Shown here one piece after another: positions 12,450-25,270 of a stretch of 64,000 nucleotides of DNA. The stretch's first letter is position 1, and each line of letters opens with the position of its first letter. Below the pieces are notes generated by a model. It worked only from the letters and a program-made list of their open reading frames with translations. It did not search any database and was not told the DNA's origin. The translations under genes and the position numbers were made by a program. This DNA is from Squalus acanthias (lineage: Eukaryota): positions 244,528,001-244,592,000 of the forward strand of contig CM059425.1 of the NCBI GenBank assembly GCA_030390025.1, in the 5' to 3' direction.

Positions 12450-13479
12450 GACTCCAACCTTTTCATTATTTCCTCAGCAGGTCAAGTTCTCACTTCAGAA
12501 TTACAGTACACATATATGCCAAACTGGAAAACTGCCAAAAGCTGATAACCAGCTCCTAAAAAGATGACATCTCAAAACAGCCTTGAAAAAAAGGTTATGA
12601 CATTCATTTACATTGGAAGCACAGTCGGCCATGAAATTGTCATAATGTTGACTATAACAGCGACTTAATTATCACTTGCATCATGGAAAACTACAGACTA
12701 TATTGGGAATATTTGCTCATTTGTTGTGGAGAAATCATGAGCTGTTGTGGATATGTATTGGTACTCTGTTGCCAAGTCTCCAATTGTTTATCTGGATGTC
12801 GCTGTGACAGTGGCACTATTCCGCCCCCCCCTCCAGCAGTTCACATTGGCACCCGTCTCCAATCTCACTCATTGTCATGTTGGCACTCTTCTGCTCGCCC
12901 TCCCACTTCTTTGTCGCTCCTGGCTCCTACCTCCTGGTGCTGCTGCTTCAGGGGATAGAATGCCAGCACATACTGCGAGTGGGATTTGATGATCGAGTGA
13001 GAATATCTGTCCACAGCATGAAGCAGTAATCAACCTCTTACAGAAACAGCAGCACCAGGAGATCGGAGCCAGGAGCAGTGATGAGGATAGGAGCTCAGCT
13101 CAAATCAGAATTAAGCAGGGCATCTGACTGAATGATACAAATGAATGTCCATGATCACATTGGGAGAACTTAGCCTGGGTCATGGTTTGACCCATGGTTT
13201 AGCCTTCTGCTTGCACAATGTATTCATACAAATAAGGAATAGCTACAATGGCACCGATTTTCCGACCATTTTCTAAACTAGTCAACGGTTACTAGATCAC
13301 GGCAATAACAAACACAATAGTGGAAGGTTTTGAAGCCTTCTTCCCAGTGGAAATGGGATGGTTGTGCCCCCAAAATGGTGAGGAATGACTCACCGCTCTA
13401 TTCCAGTCATTGCTGTAGCTGTCGCACTCTTCCTCCAAGCCTACCACTAGGTACTTGACAGCACAGCTTTGGGAGTGGG

Positions 13480-14230
13480 AGCTTGTGTTTGACAAATCTA
13501 ATAGAGTTTTCGATGGAGTGACTGACCTTGTGGATAAGCACAAGACAGTGGGCACTCTTTACTTGGATTTAAAACAAAACATTTGACAGTCCCACGTGAA
13601 ACAGTAGTGCACTGGGTTCAGGCCCATGGAACAGGTAGAAATGCATTGAATAGGATAAAAAAAATGGCTTGTTAAAAGAATTCAATGATTAGTAGGAAAT
13701 TGGAAAACATCTAGCTGGGTGTAAGTAGAGAGTGGTGTTCCATACAAGTCAGTGTTGGGACCAATTTTGTCCATCAATTATAAAATGACGGAGACTGGAA
13801 TCAGTTCAAAAGGCACCTAAATTTGGAGACAACACTAAGATGTGATCAGTGCTAAATGACATCTACTGTGCAAAAATTCAACAGGGTTGGAGATGCTGGG
13901 TTTATAGGCAGAAAATGGCAGTGGTAATTTAAGGCAGCTAAATGTAAAGGAAAAAGCAGCACGGAATAGGGGTTAACCTATGCACCCAGTTCTGATGCAC
14001 ACTTCATGCTAGCATGACTCTGCATTGGCAGTGCGGGATCATGGAGTTATCCCTACTAAGTACTCATTGTAACATTGTAAAGGCAATAGAGTGGGAAAGA
14101 TAGCTCTAAATATTGGTGGAAAGGTCACTAATATCATCAGTCCTGTGCTCCCAGGTGGTAATGAAAACAAACAAAATAGGGGTCTACATTGCAAAGGGCA
14201 GAACATATAAAATTGAAAGAGGCGATTTGA
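13480..14230 (+). mobile_element. Highly decayed CR1 RT fragment (resumes at about 14930-15050 after the L2)
   Basis: Remnants of the CLTNLIEFFDGVT..VD, LYLDF, SGVP..SVLGP and LVRPH motifs. Confidence 0.6.
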
Positions 14231-14240
14231 AAATGGTGGT

Positions 14241-14930
14241 ACAACAACAACTTGTAATCATATAGCGCCCTTAACATAGTAGAATGTCCCAAGGCGCTTC
14301 ACAGGAGCATTAAAAGACAAAAAAATTGACACCGAGCCTCATAAGGAGAAATTAGGGCAGGTGACCAAAAGCTTGGTCAAAGAGGTAGGTTGCAAGGAGC
14401 GTCTTAAAGGAGGAAAGAGAAGTAGAGGTGTGGAGAGGTTTAGGCAGGGAATTCCATCGCTTAGGGCCTAGGTAACAGAAGGCACAGGCACCAATGGTTG
14501 AGCGATTATAATCAGGGATGCTCAAGAGGCCAGAATTAAAGGAGCGCAGATATCTCGGGGGGTTGTGGGGCTGAAGGAGATTACAGAGATAGGAAGGGGC
14601 GAGGCCATGGATGGATTTGAAAACAAGGATGAGAATTTTGAAATTAAGGCGTTGCTGAATGGGGAGACAATGTAGGTCAGCGAGCACAGGGGTGATGGGT
14701 GAACGGGACGTGGTGTGAGTTAGGACACGGGCAGCCGAGTTTTGGATCACCTCAAGTTTACGTAGGGTGGAATGTGGGAGGCCAGCCAGGAGTGAGTTGG
14801 AATAGTCAAGTCTAGAGGTAACAAAGGCATGGCTGAGGGTTTCAGCAGCAGATGAGCTGAGGCAGGGGTGGAGTCGGGCGATGTTACGGAGGTGGAAATA
14901 GGCGGTCTTAATTATGCTGCGGATACAAGG
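14241..14930 (-). mobile_element. L2 LINE 3' portion
   Basis: ORF 14352-14945: KTAYFHLRNIARL, AFVTSRLDYSNSLL, IQNSAARVL, FKTLL..YLFDQAF; L2 tail. Confidence 0.93.
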
Positions 14931-15369
14931 CCTTAGTGAGACCACATTTCAAATACGGTGTCCAGCATCAGTCCCATTACTTCAAAAAGGATATATTATT
15001 ACTGGAGAGGGTCCAATGGAGGGCGACAACATTAATTGGAGGAGCAAATCCCTCTCCCGAAAAAAATGAGGGAAGACTATATAATTCCAGAACCAGGCAG
15101 CACAGTTCCAGATAAAGAAAAACTGATGAACACTTGCAAATCAGACTGAACTTCTTCAGGTAAAGGATATCACTGCCATACCTTCATTCTCCACAACCAG
15201 ACTTCTTCTGTCACTAAGTGGTAGCACCCTTTCTTTATATTTTGATATAATATAATAGCCTTTTCCACCTTAATTCCTTTTTTAGTCCTTCTAACTTCCC
15301 TATTTATCTTCACACTACACTTGCTAAATTCTTCATGATTTTTTTTAGTGTTGCCTAACCCTAGTTTTA

Positions 15370-15512
15370 TCTAACTAGTAAGGGCATCAAGGGATATGGT
15401 GATGGGGCCGGTGAATGGAGTTGAGGTAGAAGATCAGCCATGATCTCATTGAATGGCGGAGCAGGCTCGAAGGGCCGAATGGCCTACTCCTGCTCCTATT
15501 TCTTATGTTCTT
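15370..15512 (+). mobile_element. CR1 3' tail
   Basis: GATCAGCCATGATCTCATTGAATGGCGGAGCAGGCTCGAAGGGCCGAATGGCCTACTCCTGCTCCTATTTCTTATGTTCTTAT. Confidence 0.85.
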
Positions 15513-16444
15513 ATCGCATGCCTCCCTTTTTAAGTTTCAGTTTATTTTTAATCTCTCTATCAGTGAATATTCTTTGATTCTCCTCCCCTTTTCATCTAAC
15601 AGGAATACACCTATTTTGCACCCTATCCACCTCAGATGTGGATATGACTCTGTGAAGATTCTCCTTGTGATCTTGTGCTATAAAAATGGAAGTCTCTTCT
15701 CCCACTCCCCCATGGTGCAACAGAAATCCAGGAAGCCCAAATACTGGTGATCTTTTCCTTTGCGCATTCAAATGTTCACTGAGGTAACCACCAGAGCGAT
15801 GCAGAAGCTGCCTCTATACAGCACATAAATACATAAATAATAGCAACACTGTGGGATACAAAGTACAACCTGTTACATCAATTCAAACCTTTTGTGCTTT
15901 GCTAGCACTAGGGATTATGCCAGTACTATTTCCAAGGAAGGATTTTTTTTTCTTTGACTTTACTGGATCAACTACATTGAATAAGATTTCACAACTAAGT
16001 GCGGATTCTGCTTCATGGATTAATCTGTAGCCACGAAGAGATCATTTCCATTTTCACCACCTGCAAAAAAAAAAGTGTTTGATGTCTAGTATGAACACTA
16101 ATTTTGTGGAGCTAATCCGTTGCTCAAAAGACACGGTCGCCCTTGCAGAAAATGACAGAGTAACAGCGATGTTAGATCATTTCAGCATTCACCCAAGAAA
16201 CATATCTTTGGCCCAACTAACTAAAAACAATATGCTTCACTTTCCAGCAAAGTCTCAGCAGATATATACTGGCCCTAATCCAGTTTTCTTCCACCAAAAT
16301 ATCACTAAAATACTGAATTTTCATGTGTACACTATGGGCTCGATTTTGCCAGCGCTCAGGGGTTGGGTTTGGAGGCGGAACTGCTGGCAAAATCAAAAAG
16401 ATTGGCAGCGGGTCCCGAACGCGCTTCTTGGACCTTGTAAGATA

Positions 16445-16866
16445 ACATAGTGGTTATGTTACTGGACTAACAATCCAGTAGGCCTGGACTAATAATCCGG
16501 AGACATGAGTTCAAATCCCAGCTGGGGAATTTAAGTTCACTTAAATAATTAAATAAACCTGAAATAAAAAGTGAGTTATCAGTAATGGTGACCATAAAGC
16601 TATCGGATTGTTGTAAAAACCCATCTCGTTCACGAATGTCCTTTAAGGAAGGAAATCTGCCACCCTTGCCTGGTCTGGCCTACATGTGACTCCAGACCCA
16701 CAGCAATGTGGTTGACTCTTAACTGCCCTCTGAAATGGCCTAGTAAGCCACTCAGTTGTATTCAAGAACGCAGCTCACCGCCACCTTCTCGAGGGCAACT
16801 AGGGATGGACAATAAATGCTGGCCTTGCCGGCGATGTCCACACCCCGTCATTGAATTTAAAAAAAA
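16445..16866 (+). mobile_element. tRNA-derived SINE sharing its 3' tail with the LINE family at 27040 and 48340
   Basis: A-box-like TAGTGGTTATG and B-box-like GAGTTCAAATCC. The 3' ~95 bp match 27770-27865. Confidence 0.8.
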
Positions 16867-17626
16867 TGATCTTGAACCCTAACTGATGGCTTCAGACTGG
16901 ATGCTGAGCTGACTGCAAACAGCCAAATATAGGCCCACAATCAGAAGCTGCTGGCCTCAGAGCTATCAGTCAAAGGGACTACAAAGAATTATGGCCCTGC
17001 TTTTCTCTTAGACTCAACCTATATCTTCACCCAAGACATAGCCATTAATCAAAACCACTGACGTGACAAAACAAGGATTTCAATCACGTAGAATGTTTGC
17101 CCCATCCACTTCGTATGATATGGGATTGCTGGAAATTCGCACTGGAGTAGTGCAAAGGGTTCTACCTCCCGCTGGTATTGAACCGACGAGTCTGGTCTCT
17201 CCATAGATTCTGACTGACCTGCTGAGTACTTCTAGGTCAAAGAAGCTTGGATAGATCTAGAGGAGGGTTTGGAAGTCTTGTTAGATACAAACAATTGTTT
17301 AAGTGGGTAATGCATGTATAAGAAGTTTTCCCGAAAATAAGGGAAGCAATATTTGAACTAGCTCTTGTCCAAATATAGCCACTGACATGTAAGGCGGATT
17401 GACCCAGGAGAGACAGATGACCCAAGAGGAAATGGATCACCGTCCATGGACCAAGATTTACCCTGCTGATATCCCAGGGAGGCCAACACAAGCATTCCAG
17501 ATAAAGTTGAGACAACCAACTCTACCACGCTGACTCAAGATGTACAAGGTCCAAGTATCATCGCAAAAACTATTCTGAAAAGGTGGTTGGTTCTACAAAA
17601 GGTTCCTGTAATTTAGAATGGTTAAT

Positions 17627-18037
17627 CATAGAATCATAGAAAGTTACAGCACGGAAGGAGGCCATTTCGGCCCATCGTGTCCGCGCCGGCCAACAAAGAG
17701 CTATCCAGCCTAATCCCACTTCCCAGCTCTTGGTCCGTAGCCCTGCAGGTTAGGGCATCCCAAGTGCACATCCAAGTACTTTTTAAATGTGGTTTGGGTT
17801 CCTGCCTCTACCACCCTTTCAGGCAGTGAGTTCCAGACCTCCACAACCCTCTGGGTGAAGAAATTTCCCCTCAAATCAAATCCCCTCTAAACCTTTCCCC
17901 AATTACTTTCAATCTGTGCCCCCTGGTTTTTGACCCCTCTGCTGAGGAAAATAGGTCATTTCTATCCACTTTATCTATGCTCCTCATAATTTTGTACACC
18001 TCAATAAGGTCTCCCCTCAGCCTCCTCTGTTCCAAGG
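17627..18037 (-). mobile_element. 5'-truncated CR1 (3' end)
   Basis: Near-identical to about 11950-12355, with a 5-bp TCAAA duplication near 17871-17880. Confidence 0.92.
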
Positions 18038-20071
18038 TTCAAGCTAGCCAAATGTAGGCATCCAATAAACCTCTAGACATAGATGGTAAACATCCAACTG
18101 GTTCTTCTTTAGGAGTTAAAGTTAAGGGATTAAGGTTTGTTTAATCCTTTGTTTTTAAAGGCAATACACCTTAAGATTCATAAGTTTACCAACCAGAGTA
18201 TTCTTACAACATGGACATTTTTAAAGCAAGAGATTTTTTAAAGCCCAGCATAAAAGTTGGAGACTAACGTTGAAGTTTTATTGTTACAGGATCCTAAAAC
18301 TAATATACAGATCTACAGAGTGCAGTTTTGAACAGAAAAAACCATCAGTTGAATTTATATAGGAAGTTCATGGAAGTACTGACTGGTTAAAAATAAATAT
18401 TAAAAAACCCTCAGGACAGCATTAATATTGAAAAAGAGTGGATGAATATATTTAATAGCAATGGCTTCATGTAAAGCACAAAATACGGTAGAAAACATTA
18501 AATATCAGGAATTGAATTTAAGCTATTCGGGTTTTTGAACATGGACAAAATCAAGGCACTACTCGAAGCGCCTTCAGGGTTGCAAACATTTTCTAACAAA
18601 ATAGTGAATAATAATCTGCATAAAATCGAGCTGAAGGCTCTTGATGGACCTCAGCGTGCAATCTGGTGGAGGCCATGAACACAAGGTCACCATGTTGTAA
18701 GAATACATGAAAATTTGGAACAATATTTGATTTGTTTCCTCATAACGGAAATTAGTTGAAATTTGAGAATGGTTGACTGGTTCCATGCATTTCCCCCTCA
18801 AGTGTAATATTGCAAAGCCTGCCATAGCACCACAGCAATGGAAATATTGGAAGCTGAATGGGCATTGTAAGATTTGAATTTAACTCCAATATATTTTACA
18901 GTCAGAGAGGAAGTGGGAACAGTTCGTAACATCAGGTATGGTTTAACTACAGACTTGTAATATTGTGTCAGCCAGTGATTGCTTTGAAAATGTGTTGTGC
19001 ACAATCTTCCATTTAGGTTAATTCCTCTGCTGCAGTAAAATATTAGCATGCAGTTTCATTTCTTGCATTTATTACAGTCATATTTTCCTATTAGCTCCAA
19101 TCAGGATAAGAAAACAAGGGAAGGCAGTTTTTTGGATTGTAATAAAAAGGTTATTTATACAGTGTTCACCCATTCTACAATAAACTATTCAGGCGACAGG
19201 CAAATAATGTGTTAGAATACAGGAGTTGTTTAATTAGGTCAACGAATAAATGTGTTTGGTTTATGGTAGGAAGCAGAGGCACTGTAATACTTATGAGATA
19301 CTGGATATCCAACCAAACCTATGAATGCAAAAGTGGTTTTAATTTCTTTTTAATCTGAATTATACAGTTCCTCGCATTTAATGGTTTTAAAACATTTCTG
19401 CTTCTAGGATATTTATTTGCAAAAAAGTAGAGATAAAGAGCATATTTCTCCTTGGAACTCAGAAGTGACAAATTAAATCTTAACCTGAAATAATATGAAC
19501 AGAGCTGTTTTAGTTTTAATTATGCATACCTTAAGTTGCCTCAGTTAAGATCAGCCGGTCACTTAAAAAGTGAATGTGCACATGCAGAGAGACAAATCAA
19601 AAATGCAGAAAAGCCTTGGATATTGGAGTGGTGCCAGAGAACTGGAGGATTGCAAATGTTACAAAACTTGGCAACATAGTAAATAGTCAGCATAATAGTA
19701 GCAGACTTCAGGAGGACATAGACAGACTGATGAAATGGGCAGACACACAGCAGATGCAATTTAATGCGGATATGTGTGAAGTGATGCACTTTGGGAGGAA
19801 CAACATGGAGAGGCAGTACAATCTAAATGGTACTATTTTAAGGGGGGTTCTCCCAGTATCTTGGCCAAGGATAATATTACAGTTCTACAGAGGGACGATA
19901 TACTGGAGGGTTCTAAGACTGAATCTATTTGGTTAGAGTTAAGGAACAGAAAGGAGCTGTTACATTGATGAATGGTTACTATAGCCCCCAAATAATGAGA
20001 AGGAGATGGAGGAGCAAATCTGCAGGCACATTTCAGAGAAAAGTAAAAATAATAGAACAGTGATAGTAGAG

Positions 20072-20932
20072 GGGGGAAAAATTCGGTTGCTTTGCGCCCT
20101 AAGAGGGTGCTAATGGGGCGCAAAGCAACTAGCGCCAGGGCGTGGCGATGTTTGCGCCGCTCATGAAATTGACCAGACATTTTGCGGCGGCGCTAAACAC
20201 TACCGCCACGATCTCCTGCGCCCGCAGATCATGACGTCAGTTGAGCGTGCAATGCCCCGGTAGCGCCCCGGACCGGATATTGAGTGGCAGCCCCTGCCTT
20301 ACCGCCTACCGCTAGCAACGACAGGTTGAGGGGAGCGTTTTGCAGTCGAGAAGGGACTGGGAGAGCGCTATTTAAAGGCGACCACTTCCTGCCTTTTTTT
20401 GTCAGCGACATTTTTGCACCACACATTCTGAGAGAGAGAGAGAGAGAGAGAGACTTCTGGAGAGATTCAACGCTGTGTGAAGGAGTTTTGGGTACTGAGC
20501 AGCACTTTGCAGGTTCATTTTGATTTGACCTACCTTGCATCGATTTAGAAGAGACTATGGGGGCTGCACGCTGAGCTCTTTCCCTGGGCCTCTCCATTGT
20601 TCTTTCCAGCAGATTTGATGTACAGGTCTCTCCAGGCCGAGATTCAAGGCTGCAATGAGCAGGGTGTGGATGGAGAGCAAGATCCCCTTTAAGAACTGGC
20701 CGGCGCCAGTGTGTCTGTGTTCCATTGCTGACTGATATCACATGAACTTCGCCAGCGCTCTGAGGTAGCGCCTCACTCCTCGGCGTTAGTGCCTTGAGAG
20801 ATGTGTAGTTCCTGATTTAGCGCTCCAATCACCTCCAGGGGCGACAGAAGCCCAGTTTGCAGTCGGAGGTGATAATTAGCGCCAGGCGCTAAACTTTGCG
20901 CCCCAAACGGGGTGAAACCGAATTTCTCCCCC
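20072..20932. mobile_element. Internally deleted PIF/Harbinger-type transposon
   Basis: TIRs GGGGGAAAAATTCGGTT and AACCGAATTTCTCCCCC, with a 3-bp GAG duplication (20069-20071, 20933-20935). Removal restores CR1 sequence before GACTTTAAT (GDFN). Confidence 0.85.
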
Positions 20933-22372
20933 GAGGACTTTAATTACCCTAATATAGACTGGGGCAAAAACAGCATAAAGGGCAGGGAGGGTGACAAATT
21001 TTCAAATGTGTACAGGAGAACTTTCTTAATCACAATTATGTTTCTAGCCCAACGAGGAAGGAAGCAGTGCTGGGTCTAGTTCTGGGGAATGAAGTACAGC
21101 AAGTGGAGTGCATTTCACTGGGAGAACATCTGGGTAATAGTAATCATAATATAATTAGATTTAAAGTAGTTATGGAAAGGGACAAAGAAAAATCAAAGGT
21201 GGAAATACCCAACTGGAAGGGAGCCAATTTCAGTGATTTGAAAATGGCTCAAATCTCTGGAGTAGGACTTGAACCCACAACCTTCAATCTTAAATGTAAG
21301 AGTGCTACCCACTGTGGTGGCAGAGGCCATGACTGAGGTACTGAATGAGTACTTTGCATCTGTCTTCACAAAAGAAGAGATGAAGTTAATTTTACAATCG
21401 TAAAGGTGGGAGTAGAGATATCAGATAGGTTAAAAATAGATAGAAAGAAGGTGCTAAATAGATTGTCATCACTCAAAGTTAACAAGTGTGGAGATAGCAG
21501 AAGCTCTGACCATAATCTTTCAATCCTCCTTGGACATCGGAGTGGTGCCAGAGGACTGAAGGATTGCAAATGTTAAACGCTTGTTTAAAAAAATGGGAGC
21601 AGCATAAATCTGGTAACTACAGGCCAATCAATCGAACATCAGTGGTGGGAAAACTACAAGAGACTATTGTCAAGGACAAAATTAATTCTCACTTTGTGTA
21701 GCAAGGGTTAATAAGGGACAGCCAGCATGCATTTGTTAAAGGCAAATCGTGTCTGACTAACCTGTTTGAGTTCTTTGATGAAGTAACAGAGAGGGTTGAT
21801 GAAGGTAGTGCTGTAGATGTTTTATATATGGACTTTCAAAAGGCATTTGATAAAGTACCACATAACAGACTGATTCGGAAAATAGAAGCACATGGTATTA
21901 AAGGTAAAGTGGTAACTTGGGTACGTAATTGGCTAAGAGATAAGAGGCAGAGAGTAGTGGTGAATGGATATTTTCTGACTGGGGAGAAGTATACAGTGGG
22001 GTCCCCCAGGAGTCAGTATTAGGACCATTGCTTTTCTTGTTATATATAAATGATGTGGACTTGGGTATAGGGAGTACATTTTTGAAGTTTGTGCAATATA
22101 CAGAATTTGGCAACGGGGTAAATAGTGAGCACGATAGTAGCACAGCTCAGGAGGACAGACAGACCGGTGAAATAGGCAGACACATGAGAGATGTAATTTA
22201 ATGCGGATAAGTGTGAAGTGATGCACTTTGGGAGAAACAACATGGAGAGACAGTATAATCTAAATGATGCTATTGTGAGGGGGGTACAAGAAGGAACCTG
22301 GGGGTGCATATTCATAAATCTTTGAAGGTGGCAGGGTAATTTGATAAGACAGTTAAGGAAGCATATGGGATA

Positions 22373-22685
22373 AGAACATAAGAACATAAGAAATAGGAGC
22401 AGGAGTAGGCCAATTGGCCCCTCGAGCCTGCTCTGCCATTCAATAAGATCATGGCTGATCTGATCCTAACCACCAATCTACTATCACAGAACCATCTCCT
22501 GAACCGAACAGAATTGGACACACGAAATAGGAGCAGGATCAGGCTACACGGCCCCTGGGCCCGCTACGCTACCCACAGGGCCATGACCGATCCGAACCTA
22601 GACTCATGTCCAAATTCCTGCCCGCTCCCCGTAACCCTTAATTCCCTTTACTTCTAGGAAACTGTCTATTTCTGTTTAAAATTTA
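22373..22685 (-). mobile_element. CR1 3' end with a duplicated 3' UTR module
   Basis: (AAGAACAT)n tail; the GAAATAGGAGCAGGA...GGCCC module occurs twice (about 22390 and 22525). Confidence 0.7.
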
Positions 22686-23009
22686 TGTACTTGATACTTG
22701 GCTTTATAAATAGAGGCATTAAATACAAAAACAAGGAAGTCATGCTAAACGTTTACAAATCTCTGGTTAGTCCTCAGCTGGAGTATTGTGTACAATTCTG
22801 GGCACCACACTTTAGGAAGAATGTCAAGGCCCCGGAGAGTGTAAGAGGAGGTTTACCAGGATGATACCAGGGATAAGGGTGTTCTGTTATGTGGGAAGAT
22901 TGGAGAAGCTGACTGGGATTGTTCTCCTTAGAGCAGAGAAGGTTAAGGGGAGACCTAATAGAGGTATTCAAAATTAGGAGGGGTTTTAATAGAGCAAGTA
23001 CCCCCCTCA

Positions 23010-23695
23010 AAATAGCATGCAGTTACAGCAAGCAATAAGGAAGGCAAATGGCATGTTGGCCTTTATTGCAAGGGGGTTGGAGTATAAGAGTAAGGAAGTC
23101 TTGCTACAATTGTACAGGGCCTTGGTGAGACCACACCTGGAGTACTGTGCACAGTTTTGGTCTCCTTATCTAAGGAAGGATATACTTGCCTTGGAGGCGG
23201 TGAAACGAAGGTTCACTAGAATGATTCCTGGGATGAGAGGGCTGTCCTATGAACAGAGATTGTGTAGAATGGGACTATACTCTCTGGAGTTTAGAAGAAT
23301 GAGAGGTGATCTAATTGAAACATACAAGATTCTGAAGGGGATTGACAGGGAAGATGCTGAGAGGTTGTTTCCCCTGGCTGGAGTGTCTAGAACTAGGGGG
23401 CATAGTCTCAGGATAAGGGGTAGGCCACTTAAGACTGAGATGAGGAAGAATTTCTTCACTCAGAGGGTTGTGAATCTTTGAAATTCTCTGCCCCAGATCG
23501 TGTGAATTCTGAGTCTTTGAGTATATTCAAGGCTGAGATAGATAGATTTTTGGACTCTAGGGGAATCAAGGGATATGGGGATCGGGCGGGAAAGTGGAGT
23601 TGAGGTCGATGATCAGCCATGATCTTATTGAATGGCGGAGCAGGCTCGAGGGGCCGTATGGCCTACTCCTGCTCCTATTTCTTATGTTCTTATGA
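23010..23695 (+). mobile_element. 5'-truncated CR1 nested in an older CR1
   Basis: ORF 23017-23481 (KANGMLAFIARG, LVRPHLEYCAQFWSP) plus 3' UTR and TTCTTATG tail. Confidence 0.9.
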
Positions 23696-24514
23696 AACTA
23701 TTTCCTCCGGTAAGTGGGTCGGTAACCAAAGGTCATAGATTTAAAATAATTGCCAAAGAACTAGAGAGGAAATGAAGAGAAATTTCACCTCACATGAGGG
23801 TTGTTAAGTTCTGGAACGTACGACCTGAAAGGGTGGTGGAAGCAGATTCCATAGAAACTTTTAAAAGGCAATTGGACATGTACTTGAATTTCAAGAGGAT
23901 TAATTTTCAGGGTTGTGGGGAAGAAGCTGGCGTGTGGGACTAAATTGGACAGCTCTTTCAAAGAGACGGCACAGGCGCGACAGGCCATATAGCTTCCTTC
24001 TGTGCTGTAAGATTCAATGAGAAAGAGCCACTTGCTGCATTGTTTGGAAGGACTGGTCTCAATTAACTTACGTTTGCATTGAAATGAACTCCACCCACTC
24101 AAATTTTCTGAAGAAAGTGAAGATGCAGCTAAAACCTTCAAGTTGATCTTTACTACTCAAACAAAACTTCAGCACATCAACTTATTAAAATCTACATTAT
24201 TCATCACTAACCAGTTACATTCCATTAAAGACATTCTCATGGTCTCAACAGGACTGGAACTTGAATTTTGTACAAAGTATTCCATCACATATGTCAAGCT
24301 TTCCTTATAATCTGAAATTAGATATTTACTCACTCCTTTTGAAAAGGAGTAAAATAATGTGCTGTCAGGGGCTTTTGATGGAAGACTACTCCACATATCT
24401 ACCACCCTGGAGAAAACAGAAAGGTGGGTGAATTTCCAAGGGGGTTCTGCCACTCGTCAGCTGTAACATTGGTGAAGATCCACAGAAAACCTGGAAGAAC
24501 AGCGTAAACATATG

Positions 24515-25270
24515 GGGTCAGAAATTCGTCTCTTGTCGGGTGAGTACGCGATGTGTACTCACCCGTAAGGCCACCTGAAGTGCTGGTTTCCTGCATGCAC
24601 TGCGTATGCGCAGGAAACCGGAACTTCCGTTCCCCTGAAGGGAGGGGTTCAGAAGTCGAACGCGTGCGTGGGAGAGGCAGCGCGCACGCAGCGAACTTCG
24701 GTTTTTTTTTTCAGGTTTCTCCAGGAGGGTAAGTATGGAGAAGCTGCACTTTTAAAAAGGAGGCACAAGGCCTGTTTTTAACAAGGTAAGTGGTTAATTA
24801 ATTACAATTTAAACATTTTTTCAACAGGTTTATCTTTTTTAGATACTTTAAAGAAAGGTAAGTTTATTTTTAGCACCGTTAAAAAGTATAATGAATTTTT
24901 TCAAAAATTTAAATTTTTGTTTGAAGTAGTTAATTTATGTAACTTATAGTTATTTTAAAAATGTGATTTAAAAAAATTTATTTGAAGTTTAAGTGTGGTT
25001 TTGGGACCAATCTCTATTCATAGATTTGACAGGTCTTCAAATCTATGAATGAAAATGCCCTGTTAGGATTGGCTCTCCATGGCCCACGTGATCCCAGGGG
25101 ACGCTTCGAACTAACTGCGCCCCGGGATACGCAAGCACTGCGCGCCGGCAGCTGGAGGAGGCCCAGGAGCCGAAGTCCTCGTGGGCCCAAAGCACAACGG
25201 CAGGCGCGGTAGGCAAGTACGCGCGCGATGCTTGCACCCGCAGGAAGCCGGAATGCCAAATTTCTGGCCC
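24515..25270. mobile_element. ~755-bp Harbinger-type MITE (GC-rich arms, AT-rich core)
   Basis: TIRs GGGTCAGAAATT and AATTTCTGGCCC. It is the reverse complement of 56094-56859 at high identity. TSD not clean. Confidence 0.85.

Larger units (their letters stand above)
19600..24020 (+). mobile_element. Mosaic of deleted and disrupted CR1 ORF2 sequence hosting younger insertions
   Basis: Endonuclease (GDFNYP, LGNSNHN) and RT (DFQKAFDKVPH, VPQESVLGP) remnants. Interrupted by a Harbinger element (20072), a SINE head (about 21245-21316) and other CR1 pieces. Confidence 0.8.
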
